The notes under the pieces are model-generated. The model was not told the origin of the DNA, made no database searches, and saw only the letters and a program-made list of their open reading frames with translations. A stretch of 64,000 nt of DNA from a virus (Duplodnaviria; Caudoviricetes): the IMG/VR virus record IMGVR_UViG_3300027759_000043; one strand, given 5' to 3'. This document shows, in pieces, positions 47,023 to 55,946 of this stretch (position 1 is the stretch's first letter; every line of letters starts with the position of its first letter). The translations under genes and the position numbers were made by a program.

Positions 47023-47051
47023 TTGACCAGAAATTGCCCATTTGCTATAAT
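47023..47051 (+). promoter_or_regulatory. Sigma70-type early promoter
   Basis: AAACGG-TTGACC-17-TATAAT. Confidence 0.88.
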
Positions 47052-47081
47052 ATACACATAAAGACACAAAAGGAACCCAAA

Positions 47082-47345
47082 ATGAGTTGGAACAGTTTTA
47101 TTGCACAAGTAGCCGAAGATCAAGCAAACGCACTAGTATTTGGCCACAGTCGCCGCATTACCGGTGCTGGGCAAGCCGCTTATATACGCTACGGCAAGGG
47201 CCTACGTGCATTGCATAATGCATTAGACAAAGCCCTGCCTGCCGCTATAGACCGTGCAAAAGCCAAGAAAAATGCAAGTCACATTGCCGAATTGGAACGT
47301 GCTGGTTTTACAGTAACTAAAAACACAGAAACAGTAGGAGCCTAA
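47082..47345 (+). CDS. Hypothetical early protein
   Basis: AAGGAACCCAAAATG start behind promoter. Confidence 0.75.
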   Translation: MSWNSFIAQVAEDQANALVFGHSRRITGAGQAAYIRYGKGLRALHNALDKALPAAIDRAKAKKNASHIAELERAGFTVTKNTETVGA

Positions 47346-47346
47346 T

Positions 47347-47694
47347 ATGTCAGTCACAGTCAACGGTGTCAAAGTAGACACAATCGTAGCCGAAGCCAAG
47401 TCAGCCGCTAGACAGGCCGCTGAAAAGTTTTTCCAAGAAAAACTTGGCGGACGAGATCAGTATGCTTGTGGCTTTGCTTGGGTCGACATATTTGGTGTTC
47501 GAGGCAATACCAAACTGGGTCGGGCTTTAAAAGAAGCAGGCGTGAGCAAGAGTCATACAGGTGCTTTCCAAATTTGGAATCCAGCAGACATGTACGTGCA
47601 AAACGTAGACACACTGGCGGCAGGTGCCCAAGCGGCGGCTGATGTTTTTAAGAAATACGGCTTTACTGCATACGCTGGTAGCCGATTAGATTAA
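47347..47694 (+). CDS. Hypothetical phage protein
   Basis: AGGAG SD; YACGFAWV motif. Confidence 0.85.
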   Translation: MSVTVNGVKVDTIVAEAKSAARQAAEKFFQEKLGGRDQYACGFAWVDIFGVRGNTKLGRALKEAGVSKSHTGAFQIWNPADMYVQNVDTLAAGAQAAADVFKKYGFTAYAGSRLD

Positions 47695-47703
47695 GGAAAT
47701 CGC

Positions 47704-47886
47704 ATGAGACTATCACCACTTGACGAGCGTATGAACGCAGACATTGATGCATTGATTGCCAAATTGCAAGAAGCCAAAACAAGTAGAACCTATTTACAAC
47801 GTGCCAGTCTTGTGGGCAAGGTTGCTGAGCAGTGCCAAAGTTATGAATTTTATTGGGAAGATAGACTTCTCAGTTTAATGGACTAA
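47704..47886 (+). CDS. Hypothetical protein
   Basis: AAGGA SD. Confidence 0.75.
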   Translation: MRLSPLDERMNADIDALIAKLQEAKTSRTYLQRASLVGKVAEQCQSYEFYWEDRLLSLMD

Positions 47887-47888
47887 CC

Positions 47889-48110
47889 GTGCAAAAGCGG
47901 GTCAAACAATTGATGGCACAGACGCTAGACGAAAAGTTCAGCCATACCTGGACCACCATGACGCCCGAAGACTTGGAAAAGTTCACGACCCACTTTGCTC
48001 GACTGCTAATTAAGGACTGTGCCGATACTGCCTATCGATTTGATGGGCTTACACTAGGGCAAGGCTATACCGTTGCCAAGCATCTTAGAAAACACTTTGA
48101 GGTTGAATAA
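47889..48110 (+). CDS. Small phage protein of the FA.L.I.DCA family
   Basis: Motif shared with 9524-9706 and 11570-11752; ends RKHFEVE. Confidence 0.7.
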   Translation: MQKRVKQLMAQTLDEKFSHTWTTMTPEDLEKFTTHFARLLIKDCADTAYRFDGLTLGQGYTVAKHLRKHFEVE

Positions 48111-48307
48111 TGTACGAACTAATATTTACATTTTTGGTTGTGACCAAGGCCGGGATTCCGGGCTTTCACATAGAACAAATCAGCCGCTTTCGAGAAATAG
48201 AGGACTGTGAAAAAACTCGGACTTCCATGGTCACATACATGGACCAATTGGTACGAGAGAACAAAATGTTTCCCGGCGTGTTTGAATGCCGAAAGGTACA
48301 GCGATGA
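48110..48307 (+). CDS. Small Cys-containing hypothetical protein
   Basis: Hydrophobic N-terminus; F....DC...FEC. Confidence 0.7.
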   Translation: MYELIFTFLVVTKAGIPGFHIEQISRFREIEDCEKTRTSMVTYMDQLVRENKMFPGVFECRKVQR

Positions 48308-48573
48308 ACAAAGAAATTACACTCACACCCGCAGGCGGCCGATTCTATCGTGCCATGACCTTCCACTGGATTACTGTGGCCATATGTATGCCACCCTTGG
48401 CTGTAGCCATGATTGCGGCCATACTGAATCCGTTTTGGTTTCGTGACTCAATGTTCAACTGGGTAGAACGTATAGTTAACCAATTTACTCGTTGGCGTAA
48501 CAACGTGAAATACCGCATCTATCTCAACTGTGACCCTGTAGTGTGGCACACCCTCAAAGGCGACTTGAAGTGA
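48304..48573 (+). CDS. Membrane-associated hypothetical protein
   Basis: Start MNKEIT; one TM segment. Confidence 0.7.
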   Translation: MNKEITLTPAGGRFYRAMTFHWITVAICMPPLAVAMIAAILNPFWFRDSMFNWVERIVNQFTRWRNNVKYRIYLNCDPVVWHTLKGDLK

Positions 48574-48878
48574 ACAAAGTTGTTCGGGATGGCCAAGTGG
48601 CGGTGATCTATTCGCCTAAATACGGCGGAGGCTGGAGTACATGGAATCCCAAGCATCCTGAAATCTTGTTTGACCCTGCCATTGTTGATTTTGTGGAAAA
48701 AGAACAATGGGAAGAATTGCAGGTATATGTCACGCTCCGGTACCCGGACGTTTATGTTGGTGGTATAGAAGGATTGACGATTGAATGGATTCCTGAAGGC
48801 TCTTTCTTTCGTGTGAATGAGTATGATGGTGCTGAAACTATCGAAACCAGAAACGAAATTAGGTGGGTTCAGGCCTAA
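48570..48878 (+). CDS. Hypothetical phage protein
   Basis: GTG start; AVIYSPKYGGGWSTWN...EYDGAE. Confidence 0.8.
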   Translation: MNKVVRDGQVAVIYSPKYGGGWSTWNPKHPEILFDPAIVDFVEKEQWEELQVYVTLRYPDVYVGGIEGLTIEWIPEGSFFRVNEYDGAETIETRNEIRWVQA

Positions 48879-48895
48879 TAATAAATAGGCACATC

Positions 48896-49378
48896 ATGAC
48901 CAAGGTAAATTCTAGTCCCCAACGACACACATTTCAACACTCTCGTGATGAGTTGGATGAGGTGTTGAAATCCATACGGGACCAAGATCGTAAAAACTTG
49001 GTCAACCCTGAATGGCAGAAAGACAACTTGGAATGGGATTTGCGTAGTACCAAATGGATCTGCGACAGTGCCAAAAGTACCAAGACCTACGCTCAAAACT
49101 TGTATGCGGCCTTGTGCAACAATGACTTTCAAAAGAATGAAGTATGGCCCAGGCTTGAAAATAAAATATGGAGTTGCAGTTGGCGCCATGCTGGGGGTAT
49201 TGTTGCTGACATGCGTGAAGAAGGCGACTATGTTGAGTGGTACTGCTCAGGCATACAAGGCGACCCTGATGATGATTGGGTAGATCTAGGACATGTGCCA
49301 GAAGGCACAGTAACAGATCGAATACGTGAAGACTTATTCCGCTTGGGTTGGATTATTTTAAATTTTGATTTAAAATAA
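48896..49378 (+). CDS. Hypothetical phage protein
   Basis: YAQNLYAALCNN, WSCSWR, WYCSG; TAAATA upstream. Confidence 0.8.
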   Translation: MTKVNSSPQRHTFQHSRDELDEVLKSIRDQDRKNLVNPEWQKDNLEWDLRSTKWICDSAKSTKTYAQNLYAALCNNDFQKNEVWPRLENKIWSCSWRHAGGIVADMREEGDYVEWYCSGIQGDPDDDWVDLGHVPEGTVTDRIREDLFRLGWIILNFDLK

Positions 49379-49406
49379 TAAATACAGCATAAGGGGAAAT
49401 AAAATT

Positions 49407-49655
49407 ATGTCTACATCTACAGAGGTTGTTTGGCAAGTTGGTACACCAAGTAGTACAGATCAGTCTGCCATACATGTTCAAGCAGAAACAATGGCAAGTG
49501 AGGGAAAAACTGATAATGTTGCTGTTGACCAACTGAACGTTCCAGAAGTTGGCCAACTAACAGTTACTCGTACCTGGACCACTACTGCTGATGCAGAAGA
49601 ATGGGTTGCATTTATTCTTACATACAATCCAATTTCTGCTGAGATTACTACTTAA
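49407..49655 (+). CDS. Thr-rich acidic small protein
   Basis: TAAATA upstream; clean ORF. Confidence 0.7.
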   Translation: MSTSTEVVWQVGTPSSTDQSAIHVQAETMASEGKTDNVAVDQLNVPEVGQLTVTRTWTTTADAEEWVAFILTYNPISAEITT

Positions 49656-49692
49656 ATCTGGCAGAAAACACCATACAATTAAATAGGCACCT

Positions 49693-49965
49693 TTGACAGT
49701 TAATATTGATTTTTACAAACTCAAACTTGTTCAAGATATAATTCAGTCTATAGCAGATGCACGATCAACACTACTAGACGAACTTTTGATCCATGCATCT
49801 GATCCTACAATTAAGATGCGTAGATTTCGTATGCTGAAACAACTAAGTCAATTTGAATCACAAATAATTGAAAAAATTTGGCTATTTGAAACTGATGATT
49901 GCGCAGATCTACTTCAAATAAATTTGCCAAAAGAAATTTATTCGGTAGTATCTAGAGATGCTTGA
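49693..49965 (+). CDS. Hypothetical protein
   Basis: TTG start; overlaps the next gene. Confidence 0.6.
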   Translation: MTVNIDFYKLKLVQDIIQSIADARSTLLDELLIHASDPTIKMRRFRMLKQLSQFESQIIEKIWLFETDDCADLLQINLPKEIYSVVSRDA

Positions 49966-51121
49966 TAAAAATAGTAAGGTGCTGGCAGTTAACGCAGATT
50001 ACCTGCCTCGATTATTTCAATACTATAACATCTCAACTGAGCAGGTGGGTAGAATTATCAAGATAAAAGATTTCTTAGATTACAACTATCTAATAGATAT
50101 CAACAAAATCTTTAGTCTGAATCCAGAGTGGTATCCAATTGACAGAACTGGATGTGTCCATCATCCACTAAATTGGGAACAGTTAAATATTTGGCAAGCA
50201 CCATCGATTCAACTTTCATTAGAACAAGCATTAGAATCCAGGGTTGAGGAACTTAGTAAACTTGATCAAAAAATTAATTTATACTGGAGTGGAGGGATTG
50301 ATTCAACTACAATGGTAACTGCTTTTTTAAAGCATAGTAAAAATCTTAATCAATTACGTATTATATATTCTCCTTGGTCTACATATGAACACCCGGGATA
50401 TGTTGATTTTTTAAAAAAATTTTCAAGACTTGAGTTAATAGATCAAAGTGGTGAATATTATCTCAGCAGTGATCTAGATGGAATACATGTTACCGGCGAC
50501 GGTGGAGATGAATACAATGCCAGTGTAGACGAAAGTTTTTTGAAAATGCACGGATATCAGACTCTATATCGCAATTGGATAGATTTTTTTAGAGAGCAAG
50601 GAGCCTCGGAGATTCTAATAAATTTCTGTGTTGAATATTTTGCAAAGGCACAACGTCCCATTGAATCAGTATTAGAAGCACGTTGGTGGTTTTACATGAT
50701 TTGTAAAAATCGATCAATATTAAATCAAAGCAAGTTGCCATTTTTTATCAATAAAAATAAAAATTTTGATCCATCAAGATTACAAGGTTTTTTTGATGGT
50801 GACAAATATGCATCCTATATATACTGGAACACTGATAAAATTATGCCAACCGACAAATACAGTAGTTGGAAACAAGAATTAAAAAAATACTGTTACCAAT
50901 TCGATAGTATGGAAACGTGGTATCTTGACAAGACCAAATTTGGTAGCGGCCAATTTGATAGGTATGTTTTTAAAAAAAATATTCTTAATGACACTAGATG
51001 GATTTTTATACTTAATGATGGCACTAGAATTTCTACTCCAAACTTGCCATTATTAAGTAAAAAAGAACTTGATCGCCATTACGGTGAGTCGCTTCGGATA
51101 CTGTTCAATGAACCCAAATAA
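49958..51121 (+). CDS. PP-loop adenine-nucleotide alpha-hydrolase (asparagine-synthase-like)
   Basis: LYWSGGIDS PP-loop; TGDGGDE. Confidence 0.7.
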   Translation: MLDKNSKVLAVNADYLPRLFQYYNISTEQVGRIIKIKDFLDYNYLIDINKIFSLNPEWYPIDRTGCVHHPLNWEQLNIWQAPSIQLSLEQALESRVEELSKLDQKINLYWSGGIDSTTMVTAFLKHSKNLNQLRIIYSPWSTYEHPGYVDFLKKFSRLELIDQSGEYYLSSDLDGIHVTGDGGDEYNASVDESFLKMHGYQTLYRNWIDFFREQGASEILINFCVEYFAKAQRPIESVLEARWWFYMICKNRSILNQSKLPFFINKNKNFDPSRLQGFFDGDKYASYIYWNTDKIMPTDKYSSWKQELKKYCYQFDSMETWYLDKTKFGSGQFDRYVFKKNILNDTRWIFILNDGTRISTPNLPLLSKKELDRHYGESLRILFNEPK

Positions 51122-52115
51122 ATTCTATGCCCCTTGGCACCCTCTCAAACATGTGATTCTTGGCGCTAGTTATAGTCCAGAATTTTATGATCCCATAAAA
51201 GATTCTTGTGTTAGGGACAGTTTACAAAAAATTGCACAAGAAACTGAAGAAGATTATTTAAATATCGAGATGGTACTAAAAACATTTGGCATACAGGTTG
51301 ATCGTCCTCAAATTAATCAACTTAGCACCATAATGGATTATGTTGACCTCAATGGTAAACTCACGTATAGCAGTTCAAAAAGTTATACATTGATTCCAAG
51401 ACCCCCAATGCAACCTAGAGACAGTTTGTTGATAATAGGAGAACAAGTATTACTCACCAGACAAGAGGCCAGTTGGTTTATAAATGACCTAGTAGACAAT
51501 TATCAATGTAGTGTATTAGAGTTTGACGCACCAATGATCACTGTAGTAGGCGATGCCATCGTGGTAGACTGCAAAGAACAACCGTGGTTGTATCAATATT
51601 TTGTTAAAAAATTTCCTCACTATCATATAATACCGGCTGCCATCGGCGGACACAATGATGCGGTGTATTGTTTGCCCAAACCAGGAGTTGTTGTTAGCAC
51701 ACATCATCATACCAACTATGAAGACACATTTCCTGGTTGGACAGTAAAGTTCATTGAAAATCAAAGTTGGAATGCTATTCCAAATTGGCGCAAATTAAAA
51801 CATAGCAACCAAGGTCGATGGTGGAGTCCTGAATCAAAACAAAATACGGAGTTTAGTAATTTTGTTAATACTTGGTTAACACACTGGTTAGGCTACGTTG
51901 AAGAAACTGTGTTTGACGTTAATATGTTGCAAATAGATGAAAAAACAATACTAGTCAACAACTACAACAAAGAAATGTTTGAATTTTTTAAACTTCATAA
52001 AATTGAACCCGTTATTACTCCGTTCAGACATAGATTTTTTTGGGACGGTGGGATACATTGCATTACCAATGACTTGTATCGAGAAGGCGTAAAAGAAAAC
52101 TATGTCAAATTTTAA
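51108..52115 (+). CDS. Amidinotransferase (glycine/inosamine amidinotransferase family)
   Basis: PRD, DAPM, GGHND, FDVNML, GGIHCIT catalytic Cys; start MNPNKF. Confidence 0.8.
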   Translation: MNPNKFYAPWHPLKHVILGASYSPEFYDPIKDSCVRDSLQKIAQETEEDYLNIEMVLKTFGIQVDRPQINQLSTIMDYVDLNGKLTYSSSKSYTLIPRPPMQPRDSLLIIGEQVLLTRQEASWFINDLVDNYQCSVLEFDAPMITVVGDAIVVDCKEQPWLYQYFVKKFPHYHIIPAAIGGHNDAVYCLPKPGVVVSTHHHTNYEDTFPGWTVKFIENQSWNAIPNWRKLKHSNQGRWWSPESKQNTEFSNFVNTWLTHWLGYVEETVFDVNMLQIDEKTILVNNYNKEMFEFFKLHKIEPVITPFRHRFFWDGGIHCITNDLYREGVKENYVKF

Positions 52116-52653
52116 TAATATATTTGATAATAAAATAAAATATAAAAAACAAGTTGATATCAACTTGTCCATCACCACCGGTTATACAATTAACTATGAC
52201 AATTACATAGATCGTCGAGATCAATCCAATGAATTTGATGTTCCTTGGGATCTACTCAGACTTACTATTGCAATTGATGATGTTGTGTTGTACCAAGGCA
52301 CTGTGGACCTTAATGGGGTGCAGTTGCATCATGTTATAATAGATACTGATCAATCACAACAACATCGAATAACATTTACTGTAGATGGGTTTACATCTCA
52401 ACATTCCTTTATCCACCAGGACCAAGAAATAAATGCTCAGATTCTAATAGATCAATTTGAAATTGCAAATTTAGACATAAGAGAAGTAGTGTCTGTCTAT
52501 GGAATCAGGACCTTAGACAATCAGCCAGGATCAAATTTTACAGCACACGAGATGTTACATGGTGATGGTACCCTGAGTTTGGAATTTGATACACCAATAT
52601 ATCCTTGGTTGTTAAGTAATTTTTCCAACATTCTACATTCCAAATCTCGATAA
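52102..52653 (+). CDS. Hypothetical protein
   Basis: ORF track; ends FDTPIYPWLL. Confidence 0.7.
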   Translation: MSNFNNIFDNKIKYKKQVDINLSITTGYTINYDNYIDRRDQSNEFDVPWDLLRLTIAIDDVVLYQGTVDLNGVQLHHVIIDTDQSQQHRITFTVDGFTSQHSFIHQDQEINAQILIDQFEIANLDIREVVSVYGIRTLDNQPGSNFTAHEMLHGDGTLSLEFDTPIYPWLLSNFSNILHSKSR

Positions 52654-52704
52654 AATTCCTATTATCAACATAGAAAATTACAATAGCAAAAATCTTGTTT
52701 CTGC

Positions 52705-52733
52705 TTGACTTCATTGATATATACTATTACAAT
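52705..52733 (+). promoter_or_regulatory. Sigma70-type promoter for ahpC operon
   Basis: TTGACT-17-TACAAT. Confidence 0.75.
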
Positions 52734-52779
52734 AAACACTCAGTACAAACACTGAGTTCATTTTTAATAGGAGAAAACA

Positions 52780-53319
52780 ATGAAAACTGTAGGCGATCGA
52801 TTAACACCATTTGCTGTTACTGGCGTCAAGCCCGGACAACCCGAAGATGCTTTCTATACCATTACCGACGAGTCATTCGAAGGCAAGTGGAAAGTGATTG
52901 TGTACTATCCAAAAGACTTCACATTCGTTTGTCCTACAGAAATTGTAGCATACGACAAATTGGCACAAGACTTTGCTGACCGTGACGCAGTCCTGCTTAC
53001 AGGTTCAACAGACAACGAGTTCTGCAAAGTGGCATGGCAAAAGAGCCACGATGACTTGCGCAAGATCACACATCACCAGTTTGCTGACACACAGCGTGGC
53101 GAGTTGGGCCTGATTGAACAATTAGGTGTATTTTATGCTCCAGCAGGTGCCGCACTACGTGCCACATTCATCATTGACCCAGAGAACGTTATCCAACACG
53201 TGACTGTCAACAACTTAAACGTTGGTCGTAGCCCAGAAGAAACACTTCGTGTATTAGATGCGCTACAAACTGGCGAACTATGTGCTTGTAACCGCACAGT
53301 CGGTGGCGAAACACTATAA
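52780..53319 (+). CDS. ahpC: Peroxiredoxin (alkyl hydroperoxide reductase C)
   Basis: YPKDFTFVCPTE; VGRS..E.LR.LDALQ..ELC. Confidence 0.95.
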   Translation: MKTVGDRLTPFAVTGVKPGQPEDAFYTITDESFEGKWKVIVYYPKDFTFVCPTEIVAYDKLAQDFADRDAVLLTGSTDNEFCKVAWQKSHDDLRKITHHQFADTQRGELGLIEQLGVFYAPAGAALRATFIIDPENVIQHVTVNNLNVGRSPEETLRVLDALQTGELCACNRTVGGETL

Positions 53320-53939
53320 TGTTAGAAACCATATGCGACACCTTGGTTGAAGCATATAGACGCAACTGGATTACCAGTCGTGATGGCAATGTGAGTATTC
53401 GTCATCACGACCGTGATCACTTTTATATCACACCCAGTGGCGTCCGTAAGCAAACACTACAACCAGATCAGTTTAAAAAGATTAGTATCCACGGACTGTT
53501 ATGGCAAGAAGATCACTATACTGATATCAGTGCTAATCTAAAGCCCAGTGGAGAGATTCCGTTACACTTTGGATTACAAAGATGTATGGGCCAACATAGT
53601 AAGGATGTCAGGGTAGTTGTTCACCTACATCCTACTTACTGTATTGCGGCCATGCATGCCGGTATTGACCTTAGTACCATTAGTAATGCGTTTCCAGAAC
53701 TTAATCGTTATACCAAAGTAGCACCAAATGTAGGTGATGTTGCTCCTATCAGCCAAGAACTTGCCGATCGTTGTCACGAAAATCTACAATTAGATGACCG
53801 TGGTAATATTGCGCATGACATTGTGGGCATCAAAGGACACGGTGTTGTGGCCATTGACACAAGCCCATGGAGGGCGTTTGAACACATTGAACGATTGGAA
53901 CACATTTGTCAAATCGTATTAGCATCAGGGAGATATTGA
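53319..53939 (+). CDS. Class II aldolase/adducin-family protein
   Basis: DGNVS, ITPSG, PSGE..LH, VVHLHP, HGVVA. Confidence 0.85.
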   Translation: MLETICDTLVEAYRRNWITSRDGNVSIRHHDRDHFYITPSGVRKQTLQPDQFKKISIHGLLWQEDHYTDISANLKPSGEIPLHFGLQRCMGQHSKDVRVVVHLHPTYCIAAMHAGIDLSTISNAFPELNRYTKVAPNVGDVAPISQELADRCHENLQLDDRGNIAHDIVGIKGHGVVAIDTSPWRAFEHIERLEHICQIVLASGRY

Positions 53940-53940
53940 A

Positions 53941-54447
53941 ATGAGTTTTATTGAATCAGTTAAATCAGCGTTGCCAAACTACGCAAAGGACACCAAGTTA
54001 AATCTTGATGCTGTTCTTTTGCGTAGTACATTAGATGCAGATGTGGCCATTGGTTGTGCTGTGGCCGCACTGGCCGCAACTGGTAACGGTAAAATCCTAT
54101 CAGTAATTTTGGCAGATGCACCTGTACATGCTGAATCGGCAATGACAGCGGCCAGCATCATGGCCCAAAACAACGTTTGGTACCCCTACGTTGAAATGGC
54201 TGACGACGCAAGTCTAACGGGCCTACCGGCTCAGTTACGTATGAACGCTATTGCCGGTCATGGTGGAACTACCAAGTCAAACTTTGAAGCATTCTCTTTG
54301 GCTGCCTCGATTGTGGGCAAGTGCCATTTTTGTGTGAAAGCGCACTATGAGACCTTGAAAAAGGAAGGGTACTCTGTAGAACAACTTCGTGACATTGGTC
54401 GCATTGCCGCAGTAATGAATTCGGTAGCCCGGGTCTTAAATAGTTAA
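53941..54447 (+). CDS. ahpD: Alkyl hydroperoxide reductase AhpD
   Basis: YAKDTKLNL, MAQNNVWY, LRMN, GKCHFCV..H. Confidence 0.92.
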   Translation: MSFIESVKSALPNYAKDTKLNLDAVLLRSTLDADVAIGCAVAALAATGNGKILSVILADAPVHAESAMTAASIMAQNNVWYPYVEMADDASLTGLPAQLRMNAIAGHGGTTKSNFEAFSLAASIVGKCHFCVKAHYETLKKEGYSVEQLRDIGRIAAVMNSVARVLNS

Positions 54448-54461
54448 TACAAAAGTAGCAG

Positions 54462-54490
54462 TTGACAACAATCAGTTCTTCTGCTATAAT
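54462..54490 (+). promoter_or_regulatory. Sigma70-type promoter
   Basis: TTGACA-17-TATAAT, extended TG. Confidence 0.88.
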
Positions 54491-54518
54491 ACACAATTAA
54501 CTATAAAAGGAGAAACAC

Positions 54519-55124
54519 ATGCCAGCAATATTTTTGGTCAGCGACACGCACTTTGGCCACGCCGGTGTGTGTCGCTTCACACACCCCGACGATCCTGAAG
54601 TGAAATTGCGTCCCTGGTCAGATCCAGATGAGATGGATGAAGAAATGATCCGGCGTTGGAACGACCGTGTGCGTCCTAATGACAAGGTGTATCACTTGGG
54701 CGATGTAGTTATTAACCGCAAAGCCTTGAAGACGTTGTCCAGGTTGAACGGTGACAAGGTGTTGATCCGTGGCAACCACGACATCTTCCGTGATGACGAG
54801 TACCGCGAATACTTTCGTGAGTTACGTGCATACCATGTAATGAACGGAATGATCTTGAGTCATATTCCTGTGCATGAGGCTTCATTGGGTCGCTTTGGTG
54901 TTAACATTCACGGACACTTGCATGCCAGTCGTGTGAAGAAAGCACGTGGTGTTGATGCCAAGACTGGTGCTACATTGTACAGCACTGAGATTGATCCAAG
55001 ATACCATTGCGTTTGTGTGGAACTTACAGACTTTACACCTATCTTGTTTGAAGATGTGATCCGACGCATCGAAGCAGAAGGTGGGGTAGTTGGTTTCAAA
55101 TCCGGCAACGGTCCTGCTATGTAG
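54519..55124 (+). CDS. Calcineurin-like metallophosphoesterase
   Basis: SDTHFGH, HLGD, RGNHD, LSH, HGHLH. Confidence 0.9.
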   Translation: MPAIFLVSDTHFGHAGVCRFTHPDDPEVKLRPWSDPDEMDEEMIRRWNDRVRPNDKVYHLGDVVINRKALKTLSRLNGDKVLIRGNHDIFRDDEYREYFRELRAYHVMNGMILSHIPVHEASLGRFGVNIHGHLHASRVKKARGVDAKTGATLYSTEIDPRYHCVCVELTDFTPILFEDVIRRIEAEGGVVGFKSGNGPAM

Positions 55125-55127
55125 AGG

Positions 55128-55156
55128 TTGACAGATCATAAATAAACCTGTACAAT
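55128..55156 (+). promoter_or_regulatory. Sigma70-type promoter of leader peptide
   Basis: TTGACA-17-TACAAT. Confidence 0.8.
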
Positions 55157-55165
55157 AAACACAAC

Positions 55166-55297
55166 ATGAAACATTCTGCACACAATTCAAATTATCTACC
55201 CACACTAGGTCTAGGCACCTGTGCCGCCTTGTGGTCTACGACTGAGAACAATGGCAGTGAATCAGATGAGATCAGGGTCCGAGGAGACAGGGTATAG
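55166..55297 (+). CDS. Putative attenuator leader peptide (43 aa)
   Basis: MKHSAHNSNYLPTLGLGTCAALWSTTENNGSESDEIRVRGDRV, about 10 nt after the -10 box. Confidence 0.55.
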   Translation: MKHSAHNSNYLPTLGLGTCAALWSTTENNGSESDEIRVRGDRV

Positions 55298-55324
55298 TTT
55301 AACAACTTACTCAAACTTCAAAGG

Positions 55325-55358
55325 ACCCTGGATTAAAAACCCAGGGTTTTTTGTTTTT
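55325..55358 (+). terminator. Intrinsic terminator with competing antiterminator
   Basis: ACCCTGG/CCAGGGT stem plus U-tract; GGACCCTG (55323-30) can instead pair with CAGGGTCC (55273-80). Confidence 0.8.
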
Positions 55359-55369
55359 AGGAGAAAAAT

Positions 55370-55417
55370 ATGAGCACAGAAGAATATTGGCGATGGATTC
55401 ACGATAACGTACAATAG
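55370..55417 (+). CDS. 15-aa micropeptide
   Basis: AGGAGA SD then MSTEEYWRWIHDNVQ. Confidence 0.4.
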   Translation: MSTEEYWRWIHDNVQ

Positions 55418-55455
55418 AGCGTTATCGAAGTGTAGTAGAAATACAACACATGGTG

Positions 55456-55484
55456 TTGACTAATAAATGAAAGACTGCTACAAT
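55456..55484 (+). promoter_or_regulatory. Sigma70-type promoter upstream of tRNA/ncRNA cluster
   Basis: TTGACT-17-TACAAT, extended TG. Confidence 0.75.
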
Positions 55485-55570
55485 AGAACTTAACAAAGCA
55501 ACAAAGTAGATCGATACTGGTTGCAACAGATCTTTAAAAATCTCATTCATGTAGTCCTGCATTGCAGGCA

Positions 55571-55791
55571 CTATATGAGAACACATTAGGGTTACCAGAC
55601 CCGTTAGAGGCATTGGTAGAAGTGAATCGACACCGGCGGGTGTCCGCTTGCTATCAGTCATGAGGCCGGCTCTCACCGTGAGGTGATCCAGAAAAGCGGC
55701 GGATCGTCTGGCAGTAATGACCGTGGTGACTTGGCCTCGCAAGCCAAGCAGAACGAGATCCACAACGGTTCCCAAATGTTTTTTCATATGG
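55571..55791 (+). ncRNA. About 220-nt structured RNA closed by a long terminal stem
   Basis: 55571-91 pairs with 55771-91; internal hairpins GACACC/GGTGTC, GATCC/GGATC, CTTGGC/GCCAAG. Confidence 0.6.
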
Positions 55792-55865
55792 TGGGTTCAT
55801 CTAGAGGCCTAGGATAGTGCCCTTTCACGGCATTCACACCGGTTCGAATCCGGTACCCACTACCA
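55790..55865 (+). tRNA. tRNA-Glu(UUC)
   Basis: Acceptor GGTGGGT/ACCCACT, anticodon loop CT-TTC-AC, GGTTCGAATCC, CCA. Confidence 0.93.
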
Positions 55866-55943
55866 TATAGAAACATATTGCCGAGGAGCGACGTCTTTAC
55901 CATGGGCTCCGACCATAACGAGAGGTAGTGTGTTTCTATATGG
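55863..55943 (+). ncRNA. Stem-closed RNA cassette 1
   Basis: 20-bp terminal stem CCATATAGAAACA.../...TGTTTCTATATGG; inner GGAGC/GCTCC. Confidence 0.6.
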
Positions 55944-55946
55944 TAA

